24,000 nucleotides of DNA, taken from assembly GCA_964434595.1 (NCBI GenBank), contig CAYSVP010000005.1, positions 1 to 24,000 of the forward strand. Direction: 5' to 3'. How positions within the stretch are numbered: position 1 is the stretch's first letter; every line of letters begins with the position of its first letter. The translations under genes and the position numbers were made by a program. Source of the DNA: an uncultured Gammaproteobacteria bacterium. Lineage in GTDB: Bacteria > Patescibacteriota > Microgenomatia > UBA12405. Under the pieces are notes generated by a model that was not told the origin of the DNA, searched no databases, and saw nothing but the letters and a program-made list of their open reading frames with translations. This document shows positions 23,221 through 24,000 of the stretch, one piece after another.

Positions 23221-24000
23221 GAGAATATTTTAGTTCACCAAGAACCACTGTTAAATAATCAGATTTGACACTAGTGCCTTTTAGTTGTTTGATCAACATG
23301 TCGGTGGGTTGATTAATATTAAGCTCAACATCTGGACAATGAGTAGACAGTTTATCTAACAATAGACGATTAAAATTTCGCGTATTTTCCTGAGCTAAAG
23401 ATTCGATTGACTGATTTAATGGAGACACAAGTTTAGTCCATTTTTCCCAGTAATTATAATATTTCTTGGCTTGTTCCTGACTGATTAAATGTTCTCCCAG
23501 GGCATTGTTAACTAATTTTTTGGAAAATAATCTAAAACGATAACCGTGCTCTTTATTGGATGGTTTTAAGCCTTCGCCAGCCAGTAAAGAAAGGGTATGA
23601 GAACAGGCGGCAACGTCACCGGTTATTTCATGAGAAACCCGACCATCACCTAAAATATCAAAATAGGAACCTCCTTGTAAAATCCATTTAATCCTCTCTA
23701 AACCAAAACCAATATCACTGAGAGTTAAGTTTGGTCTGGTTTTCTGAGGAAGATCCTGAATATATGAAGCATCACCAATTTCCAGACCATCATAGATAAT
23801 AAACATTTTCTGACTGTTAATTATTTTATCCCCCCACTGTTGTTGATATGGTTTATTTTTGAAAGAAAAATCATCTTTATTTAAACCAAGCTGAACAAAT
23901 AAATCCAACCAGGTTTGTAAATACTGGTAATGTTGTTCCTGACTACCATTAAGATGACAAGTTGAGACGTTGATAAAACTAGTCGAAGTACCCTCACAGA
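23213..24000 (-). CDS. Alanyl-tRNA-synthetase-like protein: class IIc catalytic core (C-terminal part seen) + tRNA-recognition helical domain only; no editing or C-Ala domains; 5' end off-window
   Basis: Motif 3 DIGFGLERI (23693-23716) and PSNKEHGYRFRLFSKK (compare AlaRS PSNENRGYVLRRIIRR) identify the family. The track's TTG at 23908 is not the start. Manual translation stays open to base 24000 (...CEGTSTSFINVSTCHLNGSQEQHYQYLQTW-LDLF...). The protein stops about 150 aa after motif 3. Confidence 0.8.
   Translation of the reverse strand, partial: CEGTSTSFINVSTCHLNGSQEQHYQYLQTWLDLFVQLGLNKDDFSFKNKPYQQQWGDKIINSQKMFIIYDGLEIGDASYIQDLPQKTRPNLTLSDIGFGLERIKWILQGGSYFDILGDGRVSHEITGDVAACSHTLSLLAGEGLKPSNKEHGYRFRLFSKKLVNNALGEHLISQEQAKKYYNYWEKWTKLVSPLNQSIESLAQENTRNFNRLLLDKLSTHCPDVELNINQPTDMLIKQLKGTSVKSDYLTVVLGELKYSHD

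Noticed and set aside
1-24000. I searched by eye for tRNA/rRNA genes, CRISPR repeats, IS/transposase, integrase and phage genes, and toxin-antitoxin or restriction-type defence genes.
   Set aside because: Intergenic gaps are all 106 bp or shorter. No spaced repeats of 25-40 bp, terminal inverted repeats or recombinase-like ORFs were seen.

Overview
This is a gene-dense (about 95% coding), AT-rich bacterial chromosomal segment using the standard genetic code. TGA acts as a stop, for example at the metG/tatD junction. I call 28 CDSs and found no rRNA, tRNA, CRISPR array, IS or phage element. All family calls come from motif recognition by eye; no database search was run.

Gene content in window order:
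- Two tandem GT-C/GT39-like membrane glycosyltransferases plus a UbiA-family polyprenyl-phosphate phosphoribosyltransferase-like enzyme.
- A four-gene, translationally coupled PilN-like / PilO-like / small TM protein / Ig-domain surface protein module.
- Housekeeping genes: murJ, rpsT, metG, tatD, a Cys-less thioredoxin-fold protein, folD and map.
- A small secreted protein, a SAM-dependent methyltransferase and a two-subunit 2-oxoacid:ferredoxin oxidoreductase.
- A six-gene OmpR/HK-MacA-MacB-type efflux operon.
- An archaeal-type SAM synthetase.
- At the right edge, an S51 peptidase translationally coupled to a truncated, active-site-remodelled AlaRS-like enzyme.

The compact proteins, the archaeal-type enzyme and the fermentative OFOR are compatible with a small-genome (CPR/Patescibacteria-like) bacterium, but that assignment is only inference.

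Most notable observations:
1. The AlaRS-like/S51 pair.
2. A recurrent -10 box 6-10 nt upstream of nearly every operon-leading start codon, implying leaderless mRNAs, together with absent Shine-Dalgarno motifs.
3. A MetRS whose HIGH signature reads SIGS.
4. An archaeal-class MAT in a bacterial context.
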